64,000 nt of DNA from Potamilus streckersoni (Eukaryota): assembly GCA_016746295.1 (NCBI GenBank), contig JAEAOA010001935.1, positions 2,866,024 through 2,930,023 of the forward strand, given 5' to 3'. The notes beneath the pieces were generated by a model that saw only the letters and a program-made list of their open reading frames with translations, made no database searches and was not told the origin of the DNA. A program made the translations under genes and the position numbers. Every line of letters begins with the position of its first letter. The first letter of the stretch is position 1. Shown here piece after piece: positions 21,095 through 34,739 of the stretch.

Positions 21095-23695
21095 GGCACT
21101 GGTCAAGCCACAGAGTTATGTAGTAATGAAACACCAAGCTTGCATGATGACTGATTAAACCAGAGTTATGTAGTACTGAGGCACCAAGTTTGCATGATGA
21201 CTGATTAAAACAGAGTTATGTAGTACTGAGGCACCAAGCTTGTATGATGACTGATTAAACCAGAGTTATGTAGTACTGAGGCACCAAGCTTGCATGATGA
21301 CTGATTAAACCAGAGTTATGTAGTACTGAGGCAACAGGCTTGCATGGTAGCACTGATTAAACTACAAATTTAAGAAGTAAGGAGACACCAGGCTTGCATG
21401 GTAGCACTGATTAAACTACAAAGTTAAGTAGTAATTGAGACACCAGGCTTGCATGGTAGCACTGATTAAACTACAAAGTTAAGAAGTAAGGAGACACCAG
21501 GCTTGCATGGTAGCACTGATTAAACTACAAAGTTAGAAAGTAAGGAGACACCAGGCTTGCATGGTAGCACTGATTAAACTACAAAGTTAAGAAGTAAGGA
21601 GACACCAGGCTTGCATGGTAGCACTGATTAAAGACAAAGTTAAGTAGTAAGGGGACACCAGGCTTTCATGGTAGCACTGATTAAACTACAAAGTTAAGTA
21701 GTAATTGAGACACCAGTCTTGCATGGTAGCACTGATTAAACTACAAAGTTAAGTAGTAAGGAGATACCAGATTTGCATGGTAGCACTGATTAAACTACAA
21801 AGTTAAGAAGTAAGGAGACACCAGGCTTGCATGGTAGCACTGATTAAACTACAAAGTTAAGTAGTAAGGAGACACCAGGCTTGCATGGTAGCACTGATTA
21901 AACTACAAAGTTAAGAAGTAAGGAGACACCAGGCTTGCATGATAGCACTGATTAAACTACAAAGTTAGAAAGTAAGGAGACACCAGGCTTGCATGGTAGC
22001 ACTGATTAAAGACAAAGTTAAGTAGTAAGGAGACACCAGACTTGTATGGTAGCACTGATTAAACTACAAAGTTAGGAAGTAAGGAGACACCAGGCTTGCA
22101 TGCTAGCACTGATTAAAGACAAAGTTAAGTAGTAAGGAGACACCATGCTTTCATGGTAGCACTGATTAAACTACAAAGTTAAGAAGTAAGGAGACACCAG
22201 GCTTGCATGGTAGCACTGATTAAAGACAAAGTTAAGTAGTAAGGAGACACCATGCTTTCATGGTAGCACTGATTAAACTACAAAGTTAAGAAGTAAGGAG
22301 ACACCAGGTTTGCATGGTGGCACTGATTAAAGACAAAGTTAAGTAGTGTTGAGACTTGCATGGTAGCACTGATTAAACTACAAAGTTAAGTAGTAAGGAG
22401 ACACCAGGCTTGCATGGTAAAAATGATTAAACTACAAATTAAGTAGTAAGGAGACACCAGACTTGCATGGTAGCACTGATTAAACTACAAAGTTAAGAAG
22501 TATTGAGACACCAGGCTTGCATGGTAGCACTGATTAAACTACAAAGTTAAGTAGTAAGGAGACTACAGGCTTGCATGGTAGCACTGATTAAACTACAAAG
22601 TTAAGAAGTAAGGAGACACCAGTCTTGCATGGTAGCACTGATTAAAGACAAAGTTAAGTAGTAAGGAGACACCAGGCTTTCATGGTAGCACTGATTAAAG
22701 ACAAAGTTAAGTAGTAAGGAGACACCATGCTTTCATGGTAGCACCGCTTGAACTACAAAGTTAAGAAGTAAGGAAACACCAGGCTTGCATGGTAGCACTG
22801 ATTAAAGACAAAGTTAAGTAGTAAGGAGACACCATGCTTTCATGGTAGCACTGATTAAACTACAAAGTTAAGAAGTAAGGAGACACCAGGTTTGCATGGT
22901 GGCACTGATTAAAGACAAAGTTAAGTAGTGTTGAGACTTGCATGGTAGCACTGATTAAACTACAAAGTTAAGTAGTAAGGAGACACCAGGCTTGCATGGT
23001 AAAAATGATTAAACTACAAATTAAGTAGTAAGGAGACACCAGGCTTGCATGGTAGCACTGATTAAACTACAAAGTTAAGAAGTATTGAGACACCAGGCTT
23101 GCATGGTAGCACTGATTAAACTACAAAGTTAAGTAGTAAGGAGACTACAGGCTTGCATGGTAGCACTGATTAAACTACAAAGTTAAGAAGTAAGGAGACA
23201 CCAGGCTTGCATGGTAGCACTGATTAAAGACAAAGTTAAGTAGTAAGGAGACACCAGGCTTTCATGGTAGCACTGATTAAAGACAAAGTTAAGTAGTAAG
23301 GAGACACCATGCTTTCATGGTAGCACCGCTTGAACTACAAAGTTAAGAAGTAAGGAAACACCAGGCTTGCATGGTAGCACTGATTAAACTACAAAGTTAA
23401 GAAGTAAGGAGACACCAGATTTGTATGGTAGCACTGATTAAAGACAAAGTTAAGTAGTGTTGAGACACCAGGCTTGCATGGTAGCACTGATTAAACTACA
23501 AAGTTAAGTAGTAAGGAGACACCAGGCTTGCATGGTAAAAATGATTAAACTACAAATTAAGTAGTAAGGAGACACCAGGCTTGCATGGTAGCACTGATTA
23601 AACTACAAAGTTAAGTAGTATTGAGACACCAGGCTTGCATGGTAGCACTGATTAAACTACAAAGTTAAGTAGTAAGGAGACACCAGGCTTGCACA
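21095..23695. repeat. 54/55-bp satellite (CTACAAAGTTAAGAAGTAAGGAGACACCAGGCTTGCATGGTAGCACTGATTAAA), about 48 copies; a 50-bp variant block lies at 21095-21340 (CAGAGTTATGTAGTACTGAGGCACCAAGCTTGCATGATGACTGATTAAAC); has higher-order periodicity of about 545-585 bp
   Basis: AAGTTAAG recurs at 55 bp (21421, 21476). The diagnostic variant string ..TGGTGGCACTGATTAAAGACAAAGTTAAGTAGTGTTGAGACTTGCATGG.. recurs at about 22310, 22895 and 23440. Confidence 0.95.
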
Positions 23696-23879
23696 ACGGC
23701 ATGTCCCATGAAATTCATATTTTACATGCAGGTTTTAGTACATGTTTCCTTTGCATGAGGCAATCTACACATGCACTTTAGAAAGGATTTTTATGTTTGT
23801 TTTGGACAAAAAGAGGGGAGTGGTTTTTTTTAAGGGATATTTGGTTATATTACATCAGATATGTGACATTCATGTAGTA

Positions 23880-24055
23880 CATGTAGATTGATACCCCCAG
23901 TAAAGCATCATTGACAAGAAAGGAATCAATAGAGTCTACATGTATTAGATCTATACCCCCAGTAAAGCATCATTGATAAAAAGGGAATCAATAGAGTCTA
24001 CATGTGTTAGATCTATTCCCCCTATAAAGCATCTCTGATAATTAGAAAATCCAAA
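23880..24055. repeat. Roughly 60-bp tandem repeat, 3 copies (GATCTATACCCCCAGTAAAGCATCATTGATAAAAAGGGAATCAATAGAGTCTACATGTRTTA)
   Basis: Three consecutive diverged copies. Confidence 0.8.
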
Positions 24056-25139
24056 AACCTTGTCTTCTTTTGTAGAAATCAAACTGTTGGAAAGATAAAA
24101 CACGAAAAAAATCACTTCCTTCTGTAATTTAATATATTTAACTTTCAAAGGAGAAAAATAGTTGAGTACTCAATGTCTTTTTGAAAGAGTGGAAAATATT
24201 TCTGTTGACATGATTGAATATAATTAATTTATTTGCAAGTAAACATGTCACATATAAATGTCAAACTTAATCCAAACAGTGTCTAAATTATAACATAAGA
24301 TTTTTTTCCCCTCCCTTACCTGCAAGACAACTTTATCCCTATTTAATTGTATAGAGCCTCTTCAATTACTTTTGTGGTAGATAACATTGACCAAGATCTC
24401 CTTGAATTAAATATTTATGTTTTGTTGATGGCCTTGTGAAAGATAACATGGCTAAACAAGCAAAATAAAGGAGATTTCTTTTTCTGTCTTTTCTTATAAG
24501 TTTAAATTTGCTAGGCCATAAAGAATTTGCAAAACTCTTGTCATATCTTGATAGCTAGTAGCAATAAAGGATGGGTGTACCATTGAGCATGGTTCTATTC
24601 TCAGAGAATATAATACAACTGTATATTCCATAACCTGTTCTACCACAAAGCTAATATGGAATTCTTTATATGCCCCACTTTTTCTCCAACCCATTCAGTT
24701 TTGTGTTTAAGTCATGCAGTTTTCAACCTCTGTGGGTGGGCTTTCATGTTCAATTGATATATCTCTAATTTCTTTTCTTACCTTTATATATTTTCTTAGC
24801 CTTACAGCATAATTTTTGATGGGTGGGGTGGAGTTGGGGTGATGCCCAAACTACATTTGTTGGTCATGGAAGATTATTACACTTTGTTCCAAAAAATGAG
24901 GAAAATGTAAATGTACCTGGAGTTTGATTATTATTTATTAGCACCTCAGTAAGCTTTTTCTGGCCACACATTTTTCATATAATAGTAGAATTCTGAGTGA
25001 CACTGTTCATAAAAAATTAAATGTAAGTTCATTTTAAGTCTTCAACAATTTTGTGAACATTCAACTGTTCAGACCTTACACTTTATATTTTGTAAATTGT
25101 CCCACTAATTTAGAAATTCATTGATTGGCAAACTGCTCC

Positions 25140-25400
25140 AGTGGCCTAATACATTAAAACAATGCCTCAGATGATCATAGTTTCAAACCCTGGCTGAGCA
25201 TGGTGTATAAAAATGGTACTAGCAGCTGCCTTGCTTTGTGCTCAGCATTAAGAGGTTAGTGTTAGGACTGGTCAGCCTGGTGTCAGGATAATGTAACTGA
25301 ATGGGTCCTTACACAGGATATTGTGACCTGGGTGGGACATCACATGTCTTCAGTATGATGCCCCAGTGCTAGACATGACTATACATTGCCACAGCTGATG
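25140..25400 (+). mobile_element. tRNA-derived SINE (family A), copy 2; head degraded, 3' tail absent
   Basis: The body ..AAAATGGTACTAGCAGCTGCCTTGCTTTGTGCTCAGCATTAAGAGGTTAGTGTTAGGACTGGTCAGCCTGGTGTCAGGATAATGT..GGGACATCACATG..CCCCAGTGCTAGACATGACTATACATTGCCACAG is homologous to 40150-40476 and to the minus-strand copies. Confidence 0.65.
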
Positions 25401-25840
25401 CCTTATGAAATGGCAGATCAAGGACTTTGTTGCTTCCCTTTGGATTCAACTGGTAAGCAATTTTATATGACATCTATAAAATCTGAAAAGACCCATTAGC
25501 CTGTGAAATGGCACTTTTCATGGTTGAGCTGTACAGAATTTTTCAAATGAGCTGATATGATTGAATAAATATGCATGGATTTGTTTAAGTGGATATCAGA
25601 TTTACCCATTTTAACATTTGTATTGCTCCAATCAAGTAACAAAATGCAAGTTCTTGTCACTTTTCACATCGATCATGCACATAAGTATAGGCAGTTTCCA
25701 TCTCAGGTTGTAATTTAATGTGGTTCTCCTCACTGTATAAAAATGAGAATACATTGTCAAAACTAATAACACTATCATAATTAATGTTGTAGATCTGCTA
25801 ATTACCATATACATAATTATTATACATCAGTATCTCATGA

Positions 25841-26040
25841 TTAGCAATCCACATAAGTGTGTGTGTTTGTGGTGGGTGTTGGTGTGTGTGTATAGCAATT
25901 CATATAAGTGTGTGTGTGTGTGTCTCTGTGTGTGTGTTTATGGTGGGTATTGGTGTGTGTAGTGTGTGTGTATGTATGTATGTATGTGTATGTGTGTAGC
26001 AATCCATATAAGTGTGTGTGTTGGATTTTTAACACAGCTT
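25841..26040. repeat. (TG)n-rich minisatellite with the recurring unit TAGCAATCCATATAAGTGTGTGTGT; forms the CA-rich tail region of the adjacent minus-strand SINE
   Basis: The unit ..GCAATYCATATAAGTGTGTGTG.. occurs three times, interspersed with GT runs. The 64-aa ORF here is an artifact. Confidence 0.8.
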
Positions 26041-26290
26041 TAACAATTTTTCCAGTTATATTGCTATGATGTGAGCAATGTGGCAGTTTGTAGTGATGTC
26101 TAGCACTGGGTCATTATGCCACAGACATGATGTCCCACCCAGTCACATTATCCTGACACCAAGCCGACCTGTCCTAACAATAACCTCTTAATGATGAGTG
26201 CCAAGCAATGCAAGCTTTTGGTACCATTTTTATAAATCTTTGGTATGACTCAACAGGGAATTGATCCTGTGACCTCCTGCATCCAGTTTT
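26010..26290 (-). mobile_element. tRNA-derived SINE (family A), copy 3; 5' head partly truncated
   Basis: GT tract, then TTGGATTTTTAACACAGCTTTAACA...GGCAGTTTGTAGTGATGTCTAGCACTGG...CCTCCTGCATCCAG. Collinear with the copies at 12035-12315 and 55245-55528. Confidence 0.65.
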
Positions 26291-26834
26291 AAAATAAACA
26301 GACCCTGATCTGCCTGTTAGGCTGATGAATATGTCCCAACAATGACCATCCTAAAACTTTTTATTGGAAGAGATTTATCAGCAGGTGATTTGATAATGGA
26401 GTTGGATTAGCACTTTTGGGCAAATGTCAAACAAAGATAACTAAGGTAATTGCATGTGGCCATTTTAAATCTGTTTCATTTTGTCATCATTTCATAATAA
26501 ATACTGTTAGACCTTTTTTACACTCCAGAGTATCAGAGTAAGGTGTATGAAATTTGCAGTTGAACAAGTTCAACCAACATTTACAACTCTTGAAGGCTGA
26601 GATTTCAACTAAGTATGATCTCTCTGGTTGGCAAACCATCAACTTGAAATAGCAACCACTTTACCTAACCTCAGGCAGAAATGGGGATCAAAGAGTAGTG
26701 GATAAGCATGTTACCACTGCAATATCCAGGCAACTTAATAAAAGTCAAGGTTTCTGGTCCTTGTATGTATTAAACAACTGCTGATGCATTTTTCCATGAA
26801 ATATAACTCATTTATAGTTTAAATAAATATCACT

Positions 26835-27215
26835 CATATTTATTGTGTCTCCAACACATTTATTTTTATTATGTCCACACCACATTTATTTTCACTGACC
26901 CCACCATATTCTTTATTATGTCCCCACCATATTTATTTTTATTAACTCCTCACCACATTTATTCTTGCTATGTCCCCACTACATTTATTTTGACTATGCC
27001 CCCACTATATTTATGTTCTTGAGTCCCCACCACATTTATTCTTGTTATGTCCCCACCACATTTATTCTTGTTATGTCCCCACAACATTTATTTTTATTAT
27101 GTCCCCACCACATTTATTTTTATTAATGTTCCCACCACATTTATTTTTATTATGTCCCCACCACATTTTTTATATTATGTTCCCACCACATTTATGGAGG
27201 AGGCTAAAATGTTGG
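26835..27215. repeat. Roughly 37-43-bp tandem repeat (TGTCCCCACCACATTTATTTTTATTATG), about 10 copies
   Basis: CCACATTTATT recurs at about 40-bp intervals. The ORFs at 27042-27281 are artifacts. Confidence 0.85.
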
Positions 27216-28246
27216 GTATGTGCATCCATCCCATCTTTTCTTGTTAGAAACTTGGTTTCTGCTCCCCCCCAAAAGTTTTGAAGGACTTCATCACCTGAAA
27301 TCAAATTTGTTAAATTTTACATTAAGGAGAAAAAAGTTAAGTTTAAAGTTTGACTTTAACTATTAAATGATTCAAATTAATGGTATGGTCACCTCATTAC
27401 GGCTTAGAATGTTGCTCCTAATTAAATTATGTTAGCAGGGGACCGCCGTTAAATTTGAAACATTGCCTTTAATTACATTACTGTATATTGTCAGATAATG
27501 ATCTGCATAATATGAACACATTTCCAGCTAACTGATATCCATTGAAGCTTGATTAACATGGCACATAAAGTCAACATTTGATACCTACATGGGACAAAAT
27601 TTTGTATGCAGTAATGCAACTTTAAGGAAAATTCTAAACCATACCTCCAGTGTCCTGCATAATTTAAAGTGTCAGCTACTAAATCAATCTCTATCACAAA
27701 GGGGACATTAAACACTTTGTGTATAATTGATCCAAGAAAGCACCAAGTTTCAAGTTACCTTTTTTAATTCATATGCATGAAATTGTGACACACAATTTAG
27801 CTTGACCTTGATTGATTCAACTTTGAATGGTATTATGAATCAAGTTTTATTTTGGTTGTATGAAAACAAATGATTGCATTAATTTAGCCCCTTTAAATTG
27901 AATTCTAAAAATATATGAAATAACAATCTTTAACCTGCTAATGCCAGTTCAGTTCTTTTTTCTTTGTTAATTTGATGTGACTTCTAAACTGTTTGTATCT
28001 CAGTTAGACCTAGCAATTATTTGTAATTTATATGCACAGATACCTTGTCATGAATTTTATCTCAGATTTAAAACTTCATAGGCTGTCATGCTGAGCTTAT
28101 CAGAGTCACCTCAATTGCATGCTCCAACATGAGAAATACTTTATATACCTGATTATGAACTCTACTTTTGTGACAACCATTGACCTAGATCTGCATCATT
28201 CCATCTACCTGCCAAGCTCAGATTCTTATTCTGCATCACATAATAT

Positions 28247-29290
28247 ACTTGCTTATCATCTCCAGGTGTTACATTGCATCACATAATGTATATGGTGATC
28301 TCCAGGTGTTACATTGCATCACATAATGTATATGGTAATCTCCAGGTGTTACATTGCATCACCTAATGTACATGGTGATCTCCAGGTGTTACATTGCATC
28401 ATATAATGTACAGGGTGATCTCCAGGTGTTATGTTTCATCACATAATGTATATGGTGATCTCCAGATGTTACATTACATCACATAATGTTCAGAGTGATC
28501 TCCAGGTGTTACATTGCATCACATACTGTACAGACTGATCTCCAGGTGTTACATTGCATCACATAACCTACAGGGTGATCTCCAGGTGCAATGTTGCATC
28601 ACATAAAGTACTGGCTGATCTCCAGGAGTTACATTGCAACATATAATGTACTGGCTGATCTCCAGGTGTTATATTGCATCATGTAATGTTCAGGGTCATC
28701 TCCAGGTGTTATGTTTCATCACATAATGTATATGGTGATCTCCAGGTGTTACATTGCATCACATAATGTACATGGTGATCTCCAGGTGTTGCATTGCATC
28801 ATATAATGTACAGGGTGATCTCCAGGTGTTATGTTTCATCACATAATGTATATGGTGATCTACAGGTGTTACATTACATCACATACTGTACAGACTGATC
28901 TCCAGGTGTTACATTGCATCACATAACCTACAGGGTGATCTCCAGGTGCAATGTTGCATCACATAATGTACTGGCTGATCTCCAGGTGTTACATTGCATC
29001 ATATAATGTACTAGCTGATCTCCAGCTGTTACATTGAATCACATAATGTACTGGCTGATCTCCAGCTGTTACATTGCATTGCATAATGTACAGGGTGATC
29101 TCTAGGTGTTACATTGCATCACATAATGTACATGGTGATTTCCAGGTGTTACATTGCATTACATAATGTACAGGGTGATCTCCAGGTGTTATGTTGCATA
29201 ACATAATCTAGTGACTAATCTTTAGGTGTTATGCCTCATTACAAGTTGCACTGCCCAATCTCCAGGTGTCATGCTGCATCACATAATTTA
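28247..29290. repeat. 40-bp satellite (TCCAGGTGTTACATTGCATCACATAATGTACAGGGTGATC), about 26 copies
   Basis: TCCAGGTGTT recurs at 28261 and 28301 (40 bp), continuing to 29290 with point variants. Confidence 0.95.
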
Positions 29291-29469
29291 CTGCCCAATC
29301 TTCCTATACTTGAATTCTGACAATCTTTGTCAATCTTTACCTATAAACTTCATTTAATTTAAGATTTATATTTTGAGGAAGAGGTTGAAAGTGAGTGTGA
29401 ATGGATCAGATATATTATGATCATTTATATGTTTTCAAATCAACTTCTGGACAACTGAAAACTCAGTAT

Positions 29470-29625
<156 letters not shown>

Positions 29626-30429
29626 ATACATCTATATATACTGAGTTTTTGAATTTGAAGGACAGTGTGAAAAGGCTCAGCACTAGAGCCAAGTGCCTCC
29701 CCGTGGACCCTGGCTGAACACTAACCTGGGGAGGTTATTGGAGGCCCACACCTTTGAGGGGGGCCATCTGGACCCCTTTGGGGACTACAACAGTTGCCAA
29801 GCATTGACTGCATATTCGACTTAAATTACTTTCTTCGGTTCTGTTGTTGAAAGAGGTGGGGATTTGAAGAGAGTGAAAAGTAACCATTAAAGAAATATGT
29901 AGCCTAGACATCTGTTTTGTTTGCTCTACCAGCTAATTCCCCAAAGTAGCTGCCACCCACACACAAATAACAAAGACAACAGTTTTATAGCACAACTACA
30001 TACATTTTGGTGCAGCTAATTACAGCAGTTATTTCTGTGTCTGTGAGTCTAAGTGAATTTAAGAATGCAAGTCAGATATTAAGTCTTAGTAAATCTGGGT
30101 GTATTAATCTAAGTACAAATAAAAGTGAGACTAAGTTTAAAGAGCATCTGAGAATTAGTGAGTCTCATTATAAGTGAATCTGAGTATCAGTGAGTCTCAT
30201 TATGACTTTGTATTTTACATTTTTTAGTCTTAGTTCAGCATATATGTTCTGACAGTTTCATGACAGGGGTGGGTGGGGTGCCAACACAGAATGATCTGTG
30301 CTTTATTTTAGTTTGTTGAAGATTATGTATCATCAAATTCTGTAACCACGGAAATAAATTTTATTGCAAATGGTATAAATATTTCATCTACAATATTCAA
30401 GTTGTATAAATCACAGTTCAGTATTCAAG

Positions 30430-30435
<6 letters not shown>

Positions 30436-30486
<51 letters not shown>
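30436..30486. repeat. (TA)n microsatellite, about 25 units
   Basis: Pure TA run. Confidence 0.95.
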
Positions 30487-30493
<7 letters not shown>

Positions 30494-31429
30494 AAGAGTA
30501 CTGTAAATAAAACTATGGAACTATGGGATTACTGTCACTGCTTTACTGGTGTATCACACATTAGTACTTTAACAGATGTGCAACTCAGATTTACAACTTC
30601 AGGAAGCAAAGTCTGACAACTTCTTGTTTTAAATCACAGAAAGGTAGTAAACTGAGGCAGTTTGCCTGTATAAATAATAGACAAATGAAAAGGATATATA
30701 AATGAAGATTAGTTTTCATGAAGTTGATGTTTTTTTTTTTAAAATCTGGTAATGACAAATAATGATAATAATATTGCAGTGTCACCCAAATCATTTTTGT
30801 TTGTATTTATTTACTGGTGTATTGAGGAGAAGCAGACAGTCTGCAGTGAATTCATGCCAGTCATGGCAGATGAGGCATAATGGATATTTCAAAGGAATGG
30901 ATAAGGCACTTTGAATCCAACAAGAAAAAACCATTAAAGCAAAAAATACTGTCCAACTTGTAGTTCTCATGTCCTTATTTTCCCTCCTCTTTCCCTACCC
31001 AATGCCAGACTACTATGAAAACTTGACCTATATGCAGCTCAGTTCCATTAAATTTCAAGAATATATACATAAACAACAGATAGGATCCTACAAGAAAATA
31101 CATGATAATATGAAAATAATAACTGAAATTAATAATGGAAAAAGGTTAGAAGATTTCTATTTCATCCTATGCTGAGATTCAAACCTGGAATTTGGCAGGC
31201 TAGGGGATGGTCTACTATCTAAGTAATGCAATGGGTATCATAACCTAGACTCAGATCTTCTAGAGATAAATTAAAAGTTATCTAACCTGTATGATCATAG
31301 TGTATGTAATTGCACTTTGTATTATCACACATCCTCCTTTAGGATCCAGCAATAGTACTTTCCAATCCATCTCATGTAACTTTCCCTATTAGCCTTCCTA
31401 TGGATTGATTTTTGTCAGAAGCATTCAGT

Positions 31430-31615
31430 GTGACTATGTACTTCATTGCAGGTACTTACCAGGTAAGTGTGTCTACCAGCACACTTGCCTCTAGGTGTAC
31501 TTCACTGAGAGGTAATTACCAGGTAAATGTGTCTACCAGCACACTTGCCTCTATGTGTACTTCAGTGAGAGGTAATTACCAGGTAAGTGTGTCTACCAGC
31601 ACACTTGCCTCTATG
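31430..31615. repeat. 60-bp tandem repeat, 3 copies (GTACTTCAGTGAGAGGTAATTACCAGGTAAGTGTGTCTACCAGCACACTTGCCTCTATGT)
   Basis: Three near-identical consecutive copies. The 95-aa ORF at 31412..31699 is a period-60 artifact. Confidence 0.9.
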
Positions 31616-31967
31616 CATTACATGTACTATGTTCTATCAGCACTCATCCAAAATGCATGGAACTTTGTGCATGCAGACAAGGCAATAGATAAGTCATAAC
31701 ACATAGACTCTGGTTCAAATCTTAGTAGAGGAAGAATTAAACATTCTCAAACCTGCATGTAAATGTTCTTTATCCATTTTTGTTATTTTATTATTAGGGA
31801 TTGTAATGTATATAAAGTGAGCTCTACTGTAGACTATATAGACATAAATTAGCCAATGCAGGGTAATATATAATGTAATGGTTCCATCTGTAATTTCAAA
31901 CAAGCAGTATAGATCATGACCTCCATGTACTTTATGTGATGGTAGGTAGTCTAGGTCTATGCAAACT

Positions 31968-32200
31968 TAATAGAAACTCTTTCATAGCTCAAGTCTATCA
32001 CAAGATGGCATGAGTTTATAATGGGATTTTTGTATTAGTTCTTTAAACAAAATTTCTTACTAGAGAACCCAACATGCTGAACTTAATAGAAATTCTTTCA
32101 TTGCTCAAGTCTATCACAAGATGGATGAGTTTATTATGGGATTTTTGATTTAGTTCTTCAAGCAAAATTTCTTACTAGAAAACCCAACATGCTGATGGTA
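31968..32200. repeat. Roughly 115-bp direct duplication (CTTAATAGAAAYTCTTTCATWGCTCAAGTCTATCACAAGATGG..ATGAGTTTATWATGGGATTTTTG..TTAGTTCTTYAARCAAAATTTCTTACTAGARAACCCAACATGCTGA)
   Basis: Two adjacent copies at about 90% identity. Confidence 0.85.
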
Positions 32201-32956
32201 TGCTAATGCCCCAAACAAGGAGTGCCATCTGAAGCACAGAGCTCACTTTACATTGGGGTATATATGGTAAGCATTGCTGTGTTGTCAGGAAAATTCACTG
32301 AACAAAATTACTATTACTAAGACATAAGATAGTAAAATTACCCATCATACCCAAAGAGGGATAAATTTGATGATTTGGATATTTATATTGCTAATCCTGC
32401 AAATTTTATTTTGTTTGTTTTTCTTTCAAAGCAGTAGTTGTAAAGCTTTAAAAGATTGTGAAAGGAATTTGGTGTCATTTGGTACAGTTAAAAGCATTTT
32501 TTTCAATCCAAGAACCACACCGTCAAGTCTAAATTTGTGGTACGATAGTTTCTGAGTATGCAAATCAGTAATGATTTTTGCCATCAAAGTTAGTATCCTA
32601 AATTATTGAAATTAAGCCAGCCTCAAAAGTAAGCAATTCAAACTTCATAATGTTTATCTCTTTGACAAAACTACACATTTTGTTGATTGTTTTGTATGAG
32701 GATATTGTTGCCAAGCTTGCCTAACCAAGCTATTCAGACATCAAAAAAGAGCATTTATGATTATTGATCTCTTTGGTAAATATTATATAGATGCCATTCA
32801 AGCAATGATTAACATTAACCTTTCCTTCCTTTTCAAACTTTAATGGATGCAGTATCATTTGTAAATATTCATACTTAGGGTCTTTGGATGTTTGGCTGTA
32901 AATAGTTGTAAATTACAAATCGGGCCAAGAGCAATTAGCAATCAATGAATAAAGAC

Positions 32957-32957
32957 T

Positions 32958-33031
<74 letters not shown>
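32957..33031. repeat. (TAG)n microsatellite, about 24 units
   Basis: Pure AGTAGTAGT run. Confidence 0.95.
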
Positions 33032-34739
33032 CATATTATGTCAGAAAATAATTAAAATTATGGCATATATAACTGTGCATATCTGCATGTGTGCTCAACA
33101 GTAAACTGGTGATCAATAATTAGTGTTTGGCATTAAATTTATTTACAGGTTAAAAAGAAACAAGTTGCTATAACAAAATATTCAGAACTTTTCATAAAAT
33201 TTATGGACCTCCCTTAGAATTTGTTTCATTTATGCCTTTAAAGCCAATTTCTTTTATTTATTTCTTTGTTGTAATTATTCTTCATTTACCAAACTTTTTT
33301 AATTAAAAGAATTTGTTAGTTTTAATATCATTTTGAGTTAATAGCACAGACTATTTTTTGTCAGTACATTATAACATGACCAGTCTGATTACACATTGTT
33401 GGTAAAGGACATACCTTACAGGTGGATATATAAATTGCTGTTCTTACAGGTGGATACCTATATGTATAAATTGCTGTCATCTCCCTGTTCAAATTTTACA
33501 CCATTTTTTTCACTACAAAGTATCTGCCCATTATTCTGGTTTTGGAAATATTGTCATTATCAATAAATGTAGTTGAAAATTCTTCAGTTGAAATCTGATA
33601 ATATCCATGGCATCAATTAAGGATCAAATATGTAAGGTGTTGATTTCAAGTAGGTATTATGTTTAAATAAAGACTGTATACAGGTCAGGGCATGTTCTGA
33701 AAGGAGATCCAATTTTGTGATAACTGATTTAAGAAAAGCCTTTCAAAACTTTTCTGTAGCTGGATATATCCTGAGGTTATCTATATGCCTTGTGGATGAA
33801 TCCCAATGTTATCTAAATGCCCTGGGGTTGAATCCCATAGGTTAATTTTTTTTATGGAAATCATAGTAACCTTTAGGAGTTATTTGGGGGTGGGGGAGAG
33901 AGAGAGTATGGATTAAAATACTTGACCTCTCTATGCATATTTCAAGAATTTTAAATGTTTTCTGATGAAATATTTTTAACATTGACAAAATTACAAAATA
34001 AATCTGACAATTTCAAGTGAAAAATGCATGCATGAATTTGAGTACTCCTCTTTAAGTTTTAATTTAATTTAATAATCTTTATGTGCTTGATTATTCCTGT
34101 TGTAATATTTAATTAACTGAAAATTTTATGGATCTTTGTAATCATGTAATTAAAACATTTCCATTCATTTAGGCATCAAAGTAACTAAATCTGCCAAAAT
34201 TCAATATTTCACGATACTTTTAACATTTCAAGTCATATTGTAACCAAACATTTTCACATTCTATCATTTTGCTACATCAACATCACTTCACTAAATTAGT
34301 ATTATTTCATTATATAAAATTTGTTTCATCAAATCAGTGATTATTTTTTGTAGCTTAATGATATGTCTCCCACTTCCCTCCTTTACAAAATTTTGGCAAA
34401 TATTTCCAACAAATATCTTTGATATTAAGTCCATATTCCCTACTTCTTGACAAATTTATTATTCTCACCCCCTAGCCTTGTAACGAGAGATACACTTTAC
34501 CATTTGTTTTGAGTATGCATGAAAAGAGAGATTTAACACACAAGATGGATCATTATGGGCAACTAGTATGTTTTGGTTAGAAAAACAGGTCTACTCTGTT
34601 TTCATATCCATATTATGGCTGATTGCAAAACCTGATCTTGTATGAAATTTAACCTTGACAATTGCATGAAAGGACATTTGGTTGACTTTAGATGGTGTGA
34701 TAATACTTTTCCTTCATTAGAGCATATTAGTATTCATAA

